Below, piece after piece: positions 27,560 through 36,747 of a stretch of 64,000 nucleotides of DNA. The position numbers were made by a program, and so were the translations under genes. The notes under the pieces are model-generated. The model was not told where the DNA came from and did no database searches. It was given only the letters and a program-made list of their open reading frames with translations. The DNA is from a virus. The first letter of the stretch is position 1. Every line of letters starts with the position of its first letter. The stretch spans positions 82,099 to 146,098 of IMG/VR virus record IMGVR_UViG_3300028549_003662. One strand, written 5' to 3'.

Positions 27560-30500
27560 AGGTGATCTCCGGGCCGTTGAAGGTGACACTCTGAATTTGC
27601 GTCTCTTGGTCCAAAGCGGGGTTCGCGGCGATCTTGTACCCCAGGGAGACACGGGTGGCGATGGCGTAGGAGCCATCATACGTGGCGACGATATCTTCCA
27701 GCTTGAAGCGCACGCGGCAGCGCTCACCGAGGAGCGTCATCGTGCGCAGCACGGCGTTTGTGGTGGCGTTTATGAAGCTCAGGACGACGACGGCGTTCTC
27801 AGCCCCAGTTCCTGCAGCCACTGTGGTGTTCGTGGCCGGTGTCTCGGAGGCCCCGGTGTCGAGATCCGGGCCATGACCGGGGAAGGCGCGGGTGATGTCG
27901 AGCAGGTCATGATCGACTGCCAAGACACGGTAGTCGAGCAGGTTCACCCAGAACTCGATGTCCTCACCAAGCGCCGCGTACACGCGCGTGAAGGGGTCGG
28001 CGTACGAGGGCCGCACAAGGTTCTGCGCGTACACCAGCGCCTTCTGCGCTGTCAGCCATGCGTCGTCCGGGGAATAGATGGCGCACATGCAGGATGGCCA
28101 CGCAAGCTCATTCAGGCCCTGCGCGGGAACGGTGCGGGCCTTGAAGGTCTGGGAGCCGATCTGGTTGGTGTGCCCGATGGAGGCCGGAACAGGTGCGGCT
28201 GTAAAACCGTAGCCGTAATTGCTGTTCGTCTCCGGCAGCAGCGCCACGTAGTCCCCGGCCACGAAATTAGCGCCGGAGTAGCTGACGTCGCAGGCGTAGA
28301 GGCCGCTGAGCACCACCACTAGATCCGTTCCGGTGTCGTTGACGGAGATGTTGGCGGCGCGCACGTAGAACCCCAGGCCGGCATCATTCGTGGCCGCGTA
28401 CGCGGAAGCCTTGGTGAGGATGACGTAGTTGTCCGGCGCGAAGTCAGGCATGAAGAAGCGGTCAATGACACCGCCGTAGATGTCCGCGCGCTGCTGCAGA
28501 AAAGCCAAGATGGGGAGCTTCTCTACTGCGCCATCGAAGGGGACGGTCATCGTCAGCGTTGCGGCGCCGAGGTAGCCGGGCTTGGCGTCTGCGATGTCGA
28601 AGTCGTGCTGCAATATGCCGACGACGGTGAAGTCCCCGGCTTCCTGCGCGAGGAAGTTGTCGTCCTCTTTCGCAGCGTTGATGCAGTCCGTGACGAGGTA
28701 GTAGGATATCGCATCCAAGGCGTGCGAGTTGGCTTGGCAGCAAAACGCCGCCGTCGGGAAGCCGCGCAGCAGCGGGGATATCTGCGTGTTTATCGCCCAC
28801 ACCGGCAGCAGCACAGCGCCGCTGTACTCTCCTGGGGTGGCGACAACAACTCCGGGGTTGGTGGAGGTGTTGGGCTCCCCGGTGAGGACGCCATACCACT
28901 TCCCGCTCTCCTTGAACGTGACCTTCATCTTCTCCTCGCCGTACCCCATGATGGTCTTCTCGGCGACTTCAGCGATGAAGCGGTAGTCGAGCGTGGACGC
29001 GGAGTCGACGATCTGCAGCTTAAACAGCGAGCCCACTTCGAGTTCGTTAAACGCGAACGTGGTGGTGATGCTGCCGCTGTTCAGCGGGTTCTCGTACAGG
29101 ATGAGGGCCTCTTCGATGTACGCCTTCGCGTCATCGGGCCAGTTCAGGTAGTCAAGGCTGTACGACTTCTGTCGCCGCACACCAGTGAGGACGATGGACG
29201 CCGCGTTCACAGCGAACACACCGGCCTGGAGGAAATGGCCTTCCTGGCTGCTCTGCGCGAGCGCGTAGGCCTCTGCGGCTGCGCTGTATGCGGACTCCTG
29301 GTCGGCATGCGCGAGTTCCGCTGCCTGCAGCGCGTCATACGCCGCCACAACATCGGGGTGTGTGGGATCGCCGGGGTGCGCCGCCACTGCATCGTCGTAG
29401 ACGGTCTGCGCCACCACGTGGTTGTGCTTCGCCGCATTCAGTGCTTCAGCGGCAGTCACGCCACCTTGAGTGGAGGAGAACACGGTGTAGCCGTCGGCGT
29501 CATAGCGCGCCGCAAGATACGTGGCGCGGGCCTCGTTTATGACGTCGGCGTTCTCAATGGAGGGCTTCTCCAGCGAGACCTCGATGACGTCCCGGATAAC
29601 GTCGATGGTGGGGACGGTTTCGATGCCGCCTGGGGGCGTCTCCCCGTAGAGCTTGAAGCCAATCTTGCCGTCGGCGGTGCGCCGCATGTTGATCTTCGAC
29701 TTCGCGGAGAGATCCTTCAGCAGCTCCTTGTACTTCTGCGGCGGCTGCGCGAGGGAGAACCACATGTAGGGGTACTCCGTGATGAGGCGCTTGCCGACGT
29801 CGGCCGCAGACAAGAAGTCGATCTCGTCGTATTTGTAGCGATCCAGAAGGATGTCGAGGATGATGGCGATGGGGTTGATGGCGATGGTGAGCCCGCAGTC
29901 AGCGGTATCACGGTGGCGCACCCACAGCCCCTCGTCGGCGTACTCCACGCCCTGTGCCATCAGCATGTACACGGTTCCGGGGTAGACGCTGAGGATGGCG
30001 CGGTAGTTCCCCACCGTCGCGGCGTTCAGGCCCATGAAGCCCTGGTTGATGTACAGCGCGGCCACGCCGGGCTGGTGTGCGGGGTACTTGGGGTTCGCCG
30101 CGCTGCCGCGAGTGAACGTGGGGAGCTTGCACAGCCGCTGCAACTCGTCGATGTTCTCGAAGTAGTCCATCGGCATCCCGCTGCCGGGGTAGGCCAGCGT
30201 GAAACCATTCACGGCGCCGCTGTTCGTGGCGCGCGCGCCGAAGTCGTAGGTGTCACCGTAGGACTCGGCCATCGGCAAGTAGTCCACCGGGAAGAACTCT
30301 TCCTGGTTGAGGAACATCTGGTTGTACCAGAGCTTCGCCGTGCGTGGAGAGTAGTAGGCGAAGGCCTCTATGTTGTCGCTCCAGTAGCGGTTGCCGATGA
30401 TGGGGTCTTGATTGGAGTTCTTGCCTTTGGCCTTCTTGCCCATGAGCAGGCTGAGCACCATCATCGCGATGGATGTGGCGATCATTGCGGCCATCATGGG

Positions 30501-30590
30501 GTCGCAGAGCACAACGTCGGTGGCGTTGGCGCCGCACATCCAGCGCATCGCGCGGCGGCGTGCCTCCTCGTAAAAATCCCGCCACTTCAT
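27552..30590 (-). CDS. Central tail-tip / host-specificity protein (gpJ/GTA-like)
   Basis: GKK...IGNRYW, PAHQPGVAAL, INPIAIILDIL, DGKIGFKL, INEARATY, LEVGSLFKL; follows the hub genes; TGATG coupling. Confidence 0.8.
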   Translation of the reverse strand: MKWRDFYEEARRRAMRWMCGANATDVVLCDPMMAAMIATSIAMMVLSLLMGKKAKGKNSNQDPIIGNRYWSDNIEAFAYYSPRTAKLWYNQMFLNQEEFFPVDYLPMAESYGDTYDFGARATNSGAVNGFTLAYPGSGMPMDYFENIDELQRLCKLPTFTRGSAANPKYPAHQPGVAALYINQGFMGLNAATVGNYRAILSVYPGTVYMLMAQGVEYADEGLWVRHRDTADCGLTIAINPIAIILDILLDRYKYDEIDFLSAADVGKRLITEYPYMWFSLAQPPQKYKELLKDLSAKSKINMRRTADGKIGFKLYGETPPGGIETVPTIDVIRDVIEVSLEKPSIENADVINEARATYLAARYDADGYTVFSSTQGGVTAAEALNAAKHNHVVAQTVYDDAVAAHPGDPTHPDVVAAYDALQAAELAHADQESAYSAAAEAYALAQSSQEGHFLQAGVFAVNAASIVLTGVRRQKSYSLDYLNWPDDAKAYIEEALILYENPLNSGSITTTFAFNELEVGSLFKLQIVDSASTLDYRFIAEVAEKTIMGYGEEKMKVTFKESGKWYGVLTGEPNTSTNPGVVVATPGEYSGAVLLPVWAINTQISPLLRGFPTAAFCCQANSHALDAISYYLVTDCINAAKEDDNFLAQEAGDFTVVGILQHDFDIADAKPGYLGAATLTMTVPFDGAVEKLPILAFLQQRADIYGGVIDRFFMPDFAPDNYVILTKASAYAATNDAGLGFYVRAANISVNDTGTDLVVVLSGLYACDVSYSGANFVAGDYVALLPETNSNYGYGFTAAPVPASIGHTNQIGSQTFKARTVPAQGLNELAWPSCMCAIYSPDDAWLTAQKALVYAQNLVRPSYADPFTRVYAALGEDIEFWVNLLDYRVLAVDHDLLDITRAFPGHGPDLDTGASETPATNTTVAAGTGAENAVVVLSFINATTNAVLRTMTLLGERCRVRFKLEDIVATYDGSYAIATRVSLGYKIAANPALDQETQIQSVTFNGPEITYG

Positions 30591-30913
30591 CAGTACACCC
30601 TGCTCTCGGATTGCGAAGACCTCGTCTGCAAGGAATAGTAGTTGCCGTACCACACCAAGTTTGCGGGAGCCCCTACCGTGCCGTACACGCGCGGTAGGGC
30701 CACGTTGTCTGATCGCGCTGTGTACTCCTTGAGGGAGTAGTCGGAGGACGAGGACTCGCGCTGTTTCGCTTCCGGGGCCATCAGCATCTGTGCGATGGTC
30801 ATGGCGATCATTCCGGCAGTCATCGCCCACATCAGAGCGTTGGCGCCACCGACAGCAACGAATGTCGCGCCGCCTACCGCCAAGCCTACCGCCAAAGGGA
30901 TTGCTGCTGCCAT
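30590..30913 (-). CDS. Tail assembly protein (gpI/GTA-like)
   Basis: Hydrophobic N-terminus then LPRVYGTV..PANLVWYGN. Confidence 0.75.
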   Translation of the reverse strand: MAAAIPLAVGLAVGGATFVAVGGANALMWAMTAGMIAMTIAQMLMAPEAKQRESSSSDYSLKEYTARSDNVALPRVYGTVGAPANLVWYGNYYSLQTRSSQSESRVY

Positions 30914-30915
30914 CT

Positions 30916-31377
30916 TTACGCCTCCGCGTGTATAAGTACGGTATCTGCGAGGGTTTTGGCAAGGCCGAAGGTGGGGACGCACGTGGCGCTGCACCACTTC
31001 ATGATTCGCATGTCATCGAGCAGGATCGCGGACGTGTGCGTGGGCATCGTCGGGCAATACGCGAACCCCAGGCCGGTGCGTGGAAGCACGCTGCCGTTCT
31101 CAATGAAGCTCACGTTGGCATCGTACCCGCGCAGCAGGCGCGCGACGGCATGCGGGATCTCGTGGAAGGACTGCGTGAGGACAGCAGTATTCCACACCGA
31201 GTCCAGGCGCTTCGCGGCTTCGGGGTGCCCGACGATGCTCGCGAACACGTGGATGACGGAGAACGCACGGAGGTTGTCCGTGCGCGCGTACAGGCGGCGC
31301 ACGCCTGGGTACTTCGCCGCCACACGCTTCAGATCACCTATCGTGCCTTTGACGAAGAAAAGCTGTGGGTTAATCAT
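30916..31377 (-). CDS. NlpC/P60-like tail protein, apparently inactive
   Basis: Occupies the gpK position; A.KY.G and THTSAILLDD are kept but the DC motif is absent. Confidence 0.5.
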   Translation of the reverse strand: MINPQLFFVKGTIGDLKRVAAKYPGVRRLYARTDNLRAFSVIHVFASIVGHPEAAKRLDSVWNTAVLTQSFHEIPHAVARLLRGYDANVSFIENGSVLPRTGLGFAYCPTMPTHTSAILLDDMRIMKWCSATCVPTFGLAKTLADTVLIHAEA

Positions 31378-32258
31378 CTCGGCCTCCCGATGTTGCCGGA
31401 ATTGCCCTTGCCGATGGCGGTGACGTCCATCGCGGTGTAGTTGCTCCGCGGCATGTCCGGCCACGCGCATGCACGCGGGAGGTTGCCCATCATGGCCTTG
31501 CAACGACTGAGGTCGAGCAGGCAGTTCGGCGCGATGGTAATATCCGACGTGGTGTCGAGGAACGTCGACAGCGGGTACTTCGTGGTGATGACCGAGCCCT
31601 GCACGGACTTGAAGGTGTTACCCTGTTCGAGGTCAAAGGAGTACGTGCCGTCATCGACCTTGATCGTCGTCATCAGCAAGCCGTTCGTCCAGTAGTTGAA
31701 ATCGAGCGCGGAGCCGACGTCGATGCTGCGCGGACCCACCTGCGTCCACGAGCCGGCGGGGATGACCTGCTTCAATGCGTCGAAGTCCAGGCCGCAGTAG
31801 CGTCCGTACAGGTCGTGGTTGCAGTAGCGCTGCGTGTAGTAGGTGATGAGTTCGGTGTTCGAGGCTCCAATGGGGGAACCGAAGCTGATGTTGATGATGT
31901 TTTCCGAGAGTGCAGCGCTGAGCATGTTGCCGTAAAAGATGCTCACAGAGGCATTGAGCTCCTCGCGCCAGCGGAAGATCTCCATCTTCAGGCGTGGGGA
32001 GTTCTTGATGACCATCTCAATCCACAGCCGCGATGCCGGCAGGCGAATCTTGGTCTCGGCGTCGACCTCGTCAGACTTGATTTCCTCGTGCGCGCACGGG
32101 TAGGGCTTGAAGATGACACCATCATCCGGCATCTCTTCACGACCAGTACAGTACGGAACGATGCTAGTGATGGAACGCCCCATGAAGGTGAACTTGTAGA
32201 AATAGCGGATGTGGCCACTGGCTACCGCGCGGTCCCATGCTTTGTTGCTGGCTGCCAT
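31374..32258 (-). CDS. Baseplate hub / tail-tip protein (DUF2163, BR0599, gpL-like)
   Basis: YTQRYCNHDLYGRYCGLD and IAPNCLLDLSRC Cys motifs of the Fe-S type. Confidence 0.85.
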   Translation of the reverse strand: MAASNKAWDRAVASGHIRYFYKFTFMGRSITSIVPYCTGREEMPDDGVIFKPYPCAHEEIKSDEVDAETKIRLPASRLWIEMVIKNSPRLKMEIFRWREELNASVSIFYGNMLSAALSENIINISFGSPIGASNTELITYYTQRYCNHDLYGRYCGLDFDALKQVIPAGSWTQVGPRSIDVGSALDFNYWTNGLLMTTIKVDDGTYSFDLEQGNTFKSVQGSVITTKYPLSTFLDTTSDITIAPNCLLDLSRCKAMMGNLPRACAWPDMPRSNYTAMDVTAIGKGNSGNIGRPR

Positions 32259-33034
32259 TAGATGTCATCCTCCGGGTAAATCCGCGGCTGCTCCGTCCAG
32301 GGGTCGTAGTAGTTGGTGACGTCTTCAACGAGCTCCATCTGGGCTTCCACGATGGCGGAAGTCGTGAAATCGAAACTGACTTCATCTTTGTTCATGCGCA
32401 TATACGCGCATTCCGTGATGAGGTCCACATCACCGTACTCAATCTCAGGGATGTTGTGCGCGCAGTTCACGCGCAGCACGCGGAAGTCCTCAGTCGGGAC
32501 GATGCTGGTGGGGCGCGTCCAGAAGCACTTCTTGAAGCCGTCGTAGAAAATGAGGATGAGCCGCTTGGAGGCGCTCCAATATTTGGTCTGCCCCCAGTTC
32601 AGCGCGTGGAAGTAGTTGCGCGGGTTCCCCTGCTGATCGTTACCGCCGATGACCTCCAGGCCCTCCATGCTGGGGAAGACCTCCGGGCCGTGCCCGACAG
32701 GAAAGAACTGGTGGGAAAGCGTTGTCGTCCAGAACGACATGTAGCGGCCCTCGACGGCGAACGTGAAGTCGAGCAGCTTGTTGTACTGCGACCGCGTATG
32801 CGCGCGCATGTTGAGCTGGCACACCGTCATCGGCTCCGGCGCCAGGAGGAACTCCGCGTAGGTTCCGGTGCCGAAATCAGCTACTGCGCCCTTGTAGGAG
32901 AGCATGAAGCCGGTGTCCTCATAAAGCATCGCATCTGGCCGGGGGAGGCACACGATGTCGTAGTTGGGCGGCAGGTTGATGTGCGCGGGCGTGGTGTCCC
33001 CGATGACGTACATGGCGTTGTGCAGATAGCTCAC
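32258..33034 (-). CDS. Distal tail protein-like
   Basis: R.QY..L.DF..AVEGR..SFWT and RMNKDEV; directly upstream of the hub gene. Confidence 0.55.
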   Translation of the reverse strand: MSYLHNAMYVIGDTTPAHINLPPNYDIVCLPRPDAMLYEDTGFMLSYKGAVADFGTGTYAEFLLAPEPMTVCQLNMRAHTRSQYNKLLDFTFAVEGRYMSFWTTTLSHQFFPVGHGPEVFPSMEGLEVIGGNDQQGNPRNYFHALNWGQTKYWSASKRLILIFYDGFKKCFWTRPTSIVPTEDFRVLRVNCAHNIPEIEYGDVDLITECAYMRMNKDEVSFDFTTSAIVEAQMELVEDVTNYYDPWTEQPRIYPEDDI

Positions 33035-33690
33035 AGGATGGCCCTCTTGTTCTCACCGCCGGATACGCGCGCAGTGAGGCTTACTTCGTGCACGCCGTCA
33101 CCGGCGTAGAACATGCTGATGTTCATGTCGGCAACGACAATCTCTATGGGGTAATGCAGCACCAGCGAGAACATGTAGTCCACCGTCCACGGGATCTCGT
33201 AGTCGGCCAGCATGTGAATGGTTACAAAGGGGGCGACGTCCGCCACAGCTTCGGCGCGGCAGTACACGGTGTGCACGGTCCTATCGGTGTCCAGCACCAG
33301 AGCGATGGCGAAGTCTGTAGCACTTTGCAAGGTGTCTTCGAGATACTCCGTGAGGAGGTAGTCGAGCACGCGGATGTTCTTGCTGTCGACGATGGTGATG
33401 CCGGGGATCTGCTTCAGGCTGTGCGTGACGTAGACTTTACTGTCCGGTCCAAACAGGCCGCCTGCCATCCCCATGAGGAGGTTGGCGGTGTACATGGCGT
33501 AGTAGTGGTTCATCTGCGTCTTGAGGCTGAAATTCGCGCTGGGATCGAAGTTGATGCTCTTGTTGAACTGCAGCACGACCCGCGATTCGTTCTCTGTGAG
33601 TTGCGCAAGCTCTACACGTTTGTCCAGGTTGGCGGTCTTCTCATCACCGCGCTCCTGGATGTGGACGAACGGCAGCACCAGCTTATCCAT
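33031..33690 (-). CDS. Distal tail-associated protein
   Basis: Coupled ORF in the tail-tip operon; weak Dit-like ENESRVVL. Confidence 0.5.
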   Translation of the reverse strand: MDKLVLPFVHIQERGDEKTANLDKRVELAQLTENESRVVLQFNKSINFDPSANFSLKTQMNHYYAMYTANLLMGMAGGLFGPDSKVYVTHSLKQIPGITIVDSKNIRVLDYLLTEYLEDTLQSATDFAIALVLDTDRTVHTVYCRAEAVADVAPFVTIHMLADYEIPWTVDYMFSLVLHYPIEIVVADMNISMFYAGDGVHEVSLTARVSGGENKRAIL

Positions 33691-34243
33691 ATACCTGCCC
33701 CTTGGTGGTTTCAATTTCCGCTTTCACCACGGAACCGTCCACATTGCAAGACTTGTAGTAGCCCATCACCACCGGGACAAGGTACACGGCTTCGCTCTGC
33801 ACGTTGTTGGAGTAGAAGCGGGATGTGATGATGTTGTGACTGTTCGGGATGCTGATTACTTCAGCACGGCCGCCGTAGGTGTTGCCGGAGACAACGATGA
33901 TGGCTTCCTTGACGCGGAACCACGACAAGTACTCGCTGATGGCTTCCTCGGTCTCCCACAGTGTGGTGCCTCCAGAGGTGTCCACTATGCGCGCGCACAC
34001 CATGTCGGGGCGGAACGGTACAGGAACAGGGTTGCCGTCGTTGGCCAAGATTGACTTGGATTCTGCGCTCACGTAGAGCCAATTTCTAGAATACTGCCCG
34101 GTAAATTCAGATTCTACTGAGAGCGTTATCTGCGGTCCTAGTGTACTGGTGCGTAGGGTGCCAGAGCCTACAGTCTCCGCGACGCTGTTGTAATGCAGCA
34201 CCGACATCGTCAACTTGGTTTCTTTTTTATCACCGGAGCTCAT
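33683..34243 (-). CDS. Distal tail-associated protein; first gene of the leftward operon
   Basis: ORF with PVPVPFRPD; start at 34243 (GGGG RBS) or 34207. Confidence 0.5.
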   Translation of the reverse strand: MSSGDKKETKLTMSVLHYNSVAETVGSGTLRTSTLGPQITLSVESEFTGQYSRNWLYVSAESKSILANDGNPVPVPFRPDMVCARIVDTSGGTTLWETEEAISEYLSWFRVKEAIIVVSGNTYGGRAEVISIPNSHNIITSRFYSNNVQSEAVYLVPVVMGYYKSCNVDGSVVKAEIETTKGQVYG

Positions 34244-35182
34244 GTGTACCCCATCACTTCTATTTTCAGGACAGAAAGCGGCTTCATCCCCGGTTACGGC
34301 CTCGCACCCGCGCGGCCAGGTCGCTACGAGTTCCCGACGGCGCTGTTGCTGTTGTCGCGCAACACCCTGCACAGCGTCTCCTGTGTCGAGGTATCCGAGA
34401 ACATTCCTGGCGTCGTGATCTCAACGCGCCGTGGGTTCTACGGCGTGCAGGAGGACATGTACCAGGGTGCGCCGGTATTCTCAATAGACAACATCCCCCT
34501 GCGCCTGATCGAACCCGCGCGCTCCAGTCTGACTGATGCGCAGGTCGTCGACATGTCCATGCGCGCTACTGTAGCACTATGTGCGCTCCCGCTGCAGGCG
34601 GTAAACCACCGCATACGCGATCTGGTGTTCATGGAGTTCCGTGTGAAGCCCATTTCGGGCCAGGAAGCCAACGCCGCCTACCAGTACATCCTCGACTTCT
34701 CGAAGCTCTCTACCGCACACATCTACATGTGGTTCTACCACTTCCTGGTCTGTATGTTCCGTCTGAACGGCTTGCGCATCAACCGCTCGGAGAACTTCAT
34801 CCGGCTGCAGATGGTGAATGTGTGGTGGCGTGACATCGTCCTCATGCTGCTCAAGCACTTCGCGGTCGACTACACGATGCGCTTTTTTAATGCGACATCC
34901 GAAGTGCGCTTTTCCCGTCGGGAGTTCCGCCGCATGCTCAGCCGCATGCTCACCGTGGGGTTCCCTCGTCTTGTAGAGGACTTCGCGCTGGTTGACGCTG
35001 TGACCACGAAAGATACGGTTATTTTGGGAGATGACGGGGTCGTTGTACTGGACGAGAGCACGGACGCTCCCGGTAAAATTACGAGCACAAAGCTGCGTGG
35101 CAAGTACGTCGAGTACGTCGGGCTCCATATCAGCTTCCCCGAAATCACAGAATTTGTAGAGACCAATGGCTTGATTTTGTAG
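34244..35182 (+). CDS. Free-standing degenerate intein-like protein (Hint plus LAGLIDADG remnant)
   Basis: MYPITSIFRTESGFIP is in register with Hint block A; FLVCMFRLNG resembles FLxGLFDxDG; C-terminal KITST...YVGLHI...FVETNGLIL resembles blocks F/G; GGAG RBS before GTG. Confidence 0.6.
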   Translation: MYPITSIFRTESGFIPGYGLAPARPGRYEFPTALLLLSRNTLHSVSCVEVSENIPGVVISTRRGFYGVQEDMYQGAPVFSIDNIPLRLIEPARSSLTDAQVVDMSMRATVALCALPLQAVNHRIRDLVFMEFRVKPISGQEANAAYQYILDFSKLSTAHIYMWFYHFLVCMFRLNGLRINRSENFIRLQMVNVWWRDIVLMLLKHFAVDYTMRFFNATSEVRFSRREFRRMLSRMLTVGFPRLVEDFALVDAVTTKDTVILGDDGVVVLDESTDAPGKITSTKLRGKYVEYVGLHISFPEITEFVETNGLIL

Positions 35183-35206
35183 AAAGGCGGATGTAATGGT
35201 GGCCTC

Positions 35207-35446
35207 ATGAAATTGAACGTGCGCTGTGAACGCATCGCTGACGGCTCGTTTACATTCGAGTTTTCAGCAGCCGGAGCCCCCTATAGCGGGGTTGTTGTTC
35301 CGACGCTTGCCGATGGCGCTCCGCGTGTTCTCAACATCAGCTACAAAGTCCCGCGCAACGAGGTCATCACCAAGCTCATGCGCGAGTCCTTCGACCCGTT
35401 CGTTATAGAGACTGTCCTCAGAGAACTTTCCACTCCCCAAGGATAA
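35207..35446 (+). CDS. Hypothetical protein
   Basis: 79-aa ORF filling the gap. Confidence 0.55.
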   Translation: MKLNVRCERIADGSFTFEFSAAGAPYSGVVVPTLADGAPRVLNISYKVPRNEVITKLMRESFDPFVIETVLRELSTPQG

Positions 35447-35451
35447 CGCAC

Positions 35452-36186
35452 ATGGGCAACATCATCCTTCCCGCCGAAGCGCCCTTCGACCTCTACAAGG
35501 CCGCATACGTTTTCTACCATCGGCGGAACCTGCGCCTGTGCCATTTCACCTTCGTTTACCCGAACAAGCAGTTCAGCACCCGCAACGGTGATGTGTTGCT
35601 CGGCATCAACGTCGACACCGGAAACCAAGCGGTGTCGAAATTCGCACGCCTGTCAGAGGTGATGGAGTTCTTCGGGGACAACCTGGAGTTCCGCTTCCTC
35701 TACCAGATCAGTGACGACGTCATCTGCGGGTTCGCCAATAAGGACCGCACCCGTGTCCTCGACGCCGTCTTCACTTTCTTCGACAACTACCGCCGCAGCA
35801 TGGCTGAGCTCATGGGGTACGAGACCATCATCCACAACCACGAGCTCATTGAAGTCAACGGCGTGCGGATCGTTGTGCAGCACGGTGACAAGTTTATCTC
35901 GCCGGATGAACGCATCGTCTTGTTCCGCTCTGGTATCGACTACGTGGTCTGGGCGACGAACAAGGAACCCGGCATTCAGAAAAATCTCTGCTCAAACGCG
36001 CCCACACTATCCGGTTTTGCCAAGAGCTCGCACATGCTGCTCACTGGCGACTGGTTTGTTCCGGCGAAAGGTCACATGCTGGTTTCGAAAGCCGGTGGCC
36101 AATCCAAGGAACAGCTCGTCAAAGGCTTCACCGCCTATCTTTCAGACACACTGGCACGCGCGACGCCTGGACAGGCGTGCAAGTAA
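35452..36186 (+). CDS. Hypothetical protein, possibly a degenerate MYG1/DHH-family fold
   Basis: IILP...FD...AY, VDTG, WFVPAKGHML; AAGGA RBS. Confidence 0.55.
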   Translation: MGNIILPAEAPFDLYKAAYVFYHRRNLRLCHFTFVYPNKQFSTRNGDVLLGINVDTGNQAVSKFARLSEVMEFFGDNLEFRFLYQISDDVICGFANKDRTRVLDAVFTFFDNYRRSMAELMGYETIIHNHELIEVNGVRIVVQHGDKFISPDERIVLFRSGIDYVVWATNKEPGIQKNLCSNAPTLSGFAKSSHMLLTGDWFVPAKGHMLVSKAGGQSKEQLVKGFTAYLSDTLARATPGQACK

Positions 36187-36207
36187 TTCACTTCTAGGAG
36201 GACTATC

Positions 36208-36726
36208 ATGCCCAACAAGTCTGTTCATCCGCATCGCAAAATGACGTCCATGCTCATCACCGGTGGCGACGCCGGCCGCTGGGTGGACCTCGACCTCCAA
36301 CTGACTCTGCCGCCCGAAGGTGGTAAGTTCGTTGGTCGTCTCACCGCCGCTGGCGCCGACCTGAATAAGCTCGGCCTCATCAACGGTGCCAACACTGACG
36401 GCAAGGTCTACGGCTTGCTGCCGGTGTCGCGCAACCCCAACTTCATCCAGCACGACATCCACGAGCGTGCGGCCCACCCGTCGTACGTGTACCCGGCCGG
36501 CCAGTCCGTGTACGTCATCAACGACCTCACCGGCCAGTTCCTCATCAAGGTGAAGGGCGACATCGCCACCGCGAAGTCCGGCCTCTCCTACGCCCTGGTC
36601 GTCGAAAACGGCGTGCAGCTTCTGGATCTCGCCACCCCCGGCGGCCCCGTCATCGTGACGGACGAGATCACGGAATCCGAGCGCGGCTACGTCCGTGTGA
36701 AACTCAACAGCGCGGCCGTCGCGTAA
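36208..36726 (+). CDS. Head decoration / capsid-associated protein
   Basis: Directly upstream of the major capsid gene; AGGAGG RBS; highly biased codons. Confidence 0.65.
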   Translation: MPNKSVHPHRKMTSMLITGGDAGRWVDLDLQLTLPPEGGKFVGRLTAAGADLNKLGLINGANTDGKVYGLLPVSRNPNFIQHDIHERAAHPSYVYPAGQSVYVINDLTGQFLIKVKGDIATAKSGLSYALVVENGVQLLDLATPGGPVIVTDEITESERGYVRVKLNSAAVA

Positions 36727-36747
36727 CAGGGCTAGGAGGGTACTACA

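Noticed and set aside
25456-30997. Long N-terminal extensions in the ORF track (for example starts at 26847, 27727, 30962, 30997)
   Set aside because: They overlap upstream genes; downstream starts with ATGA/TGATG coupling or a clear RBS are more plausible.
34215-34418. Short ORF containing ATG-TGT (Met-Cys) at 34242 that might supply intein Cys1 by frameshift
   Set aside because: No canonical slippery site, and the GTG 34244 frame already aligns with block A.
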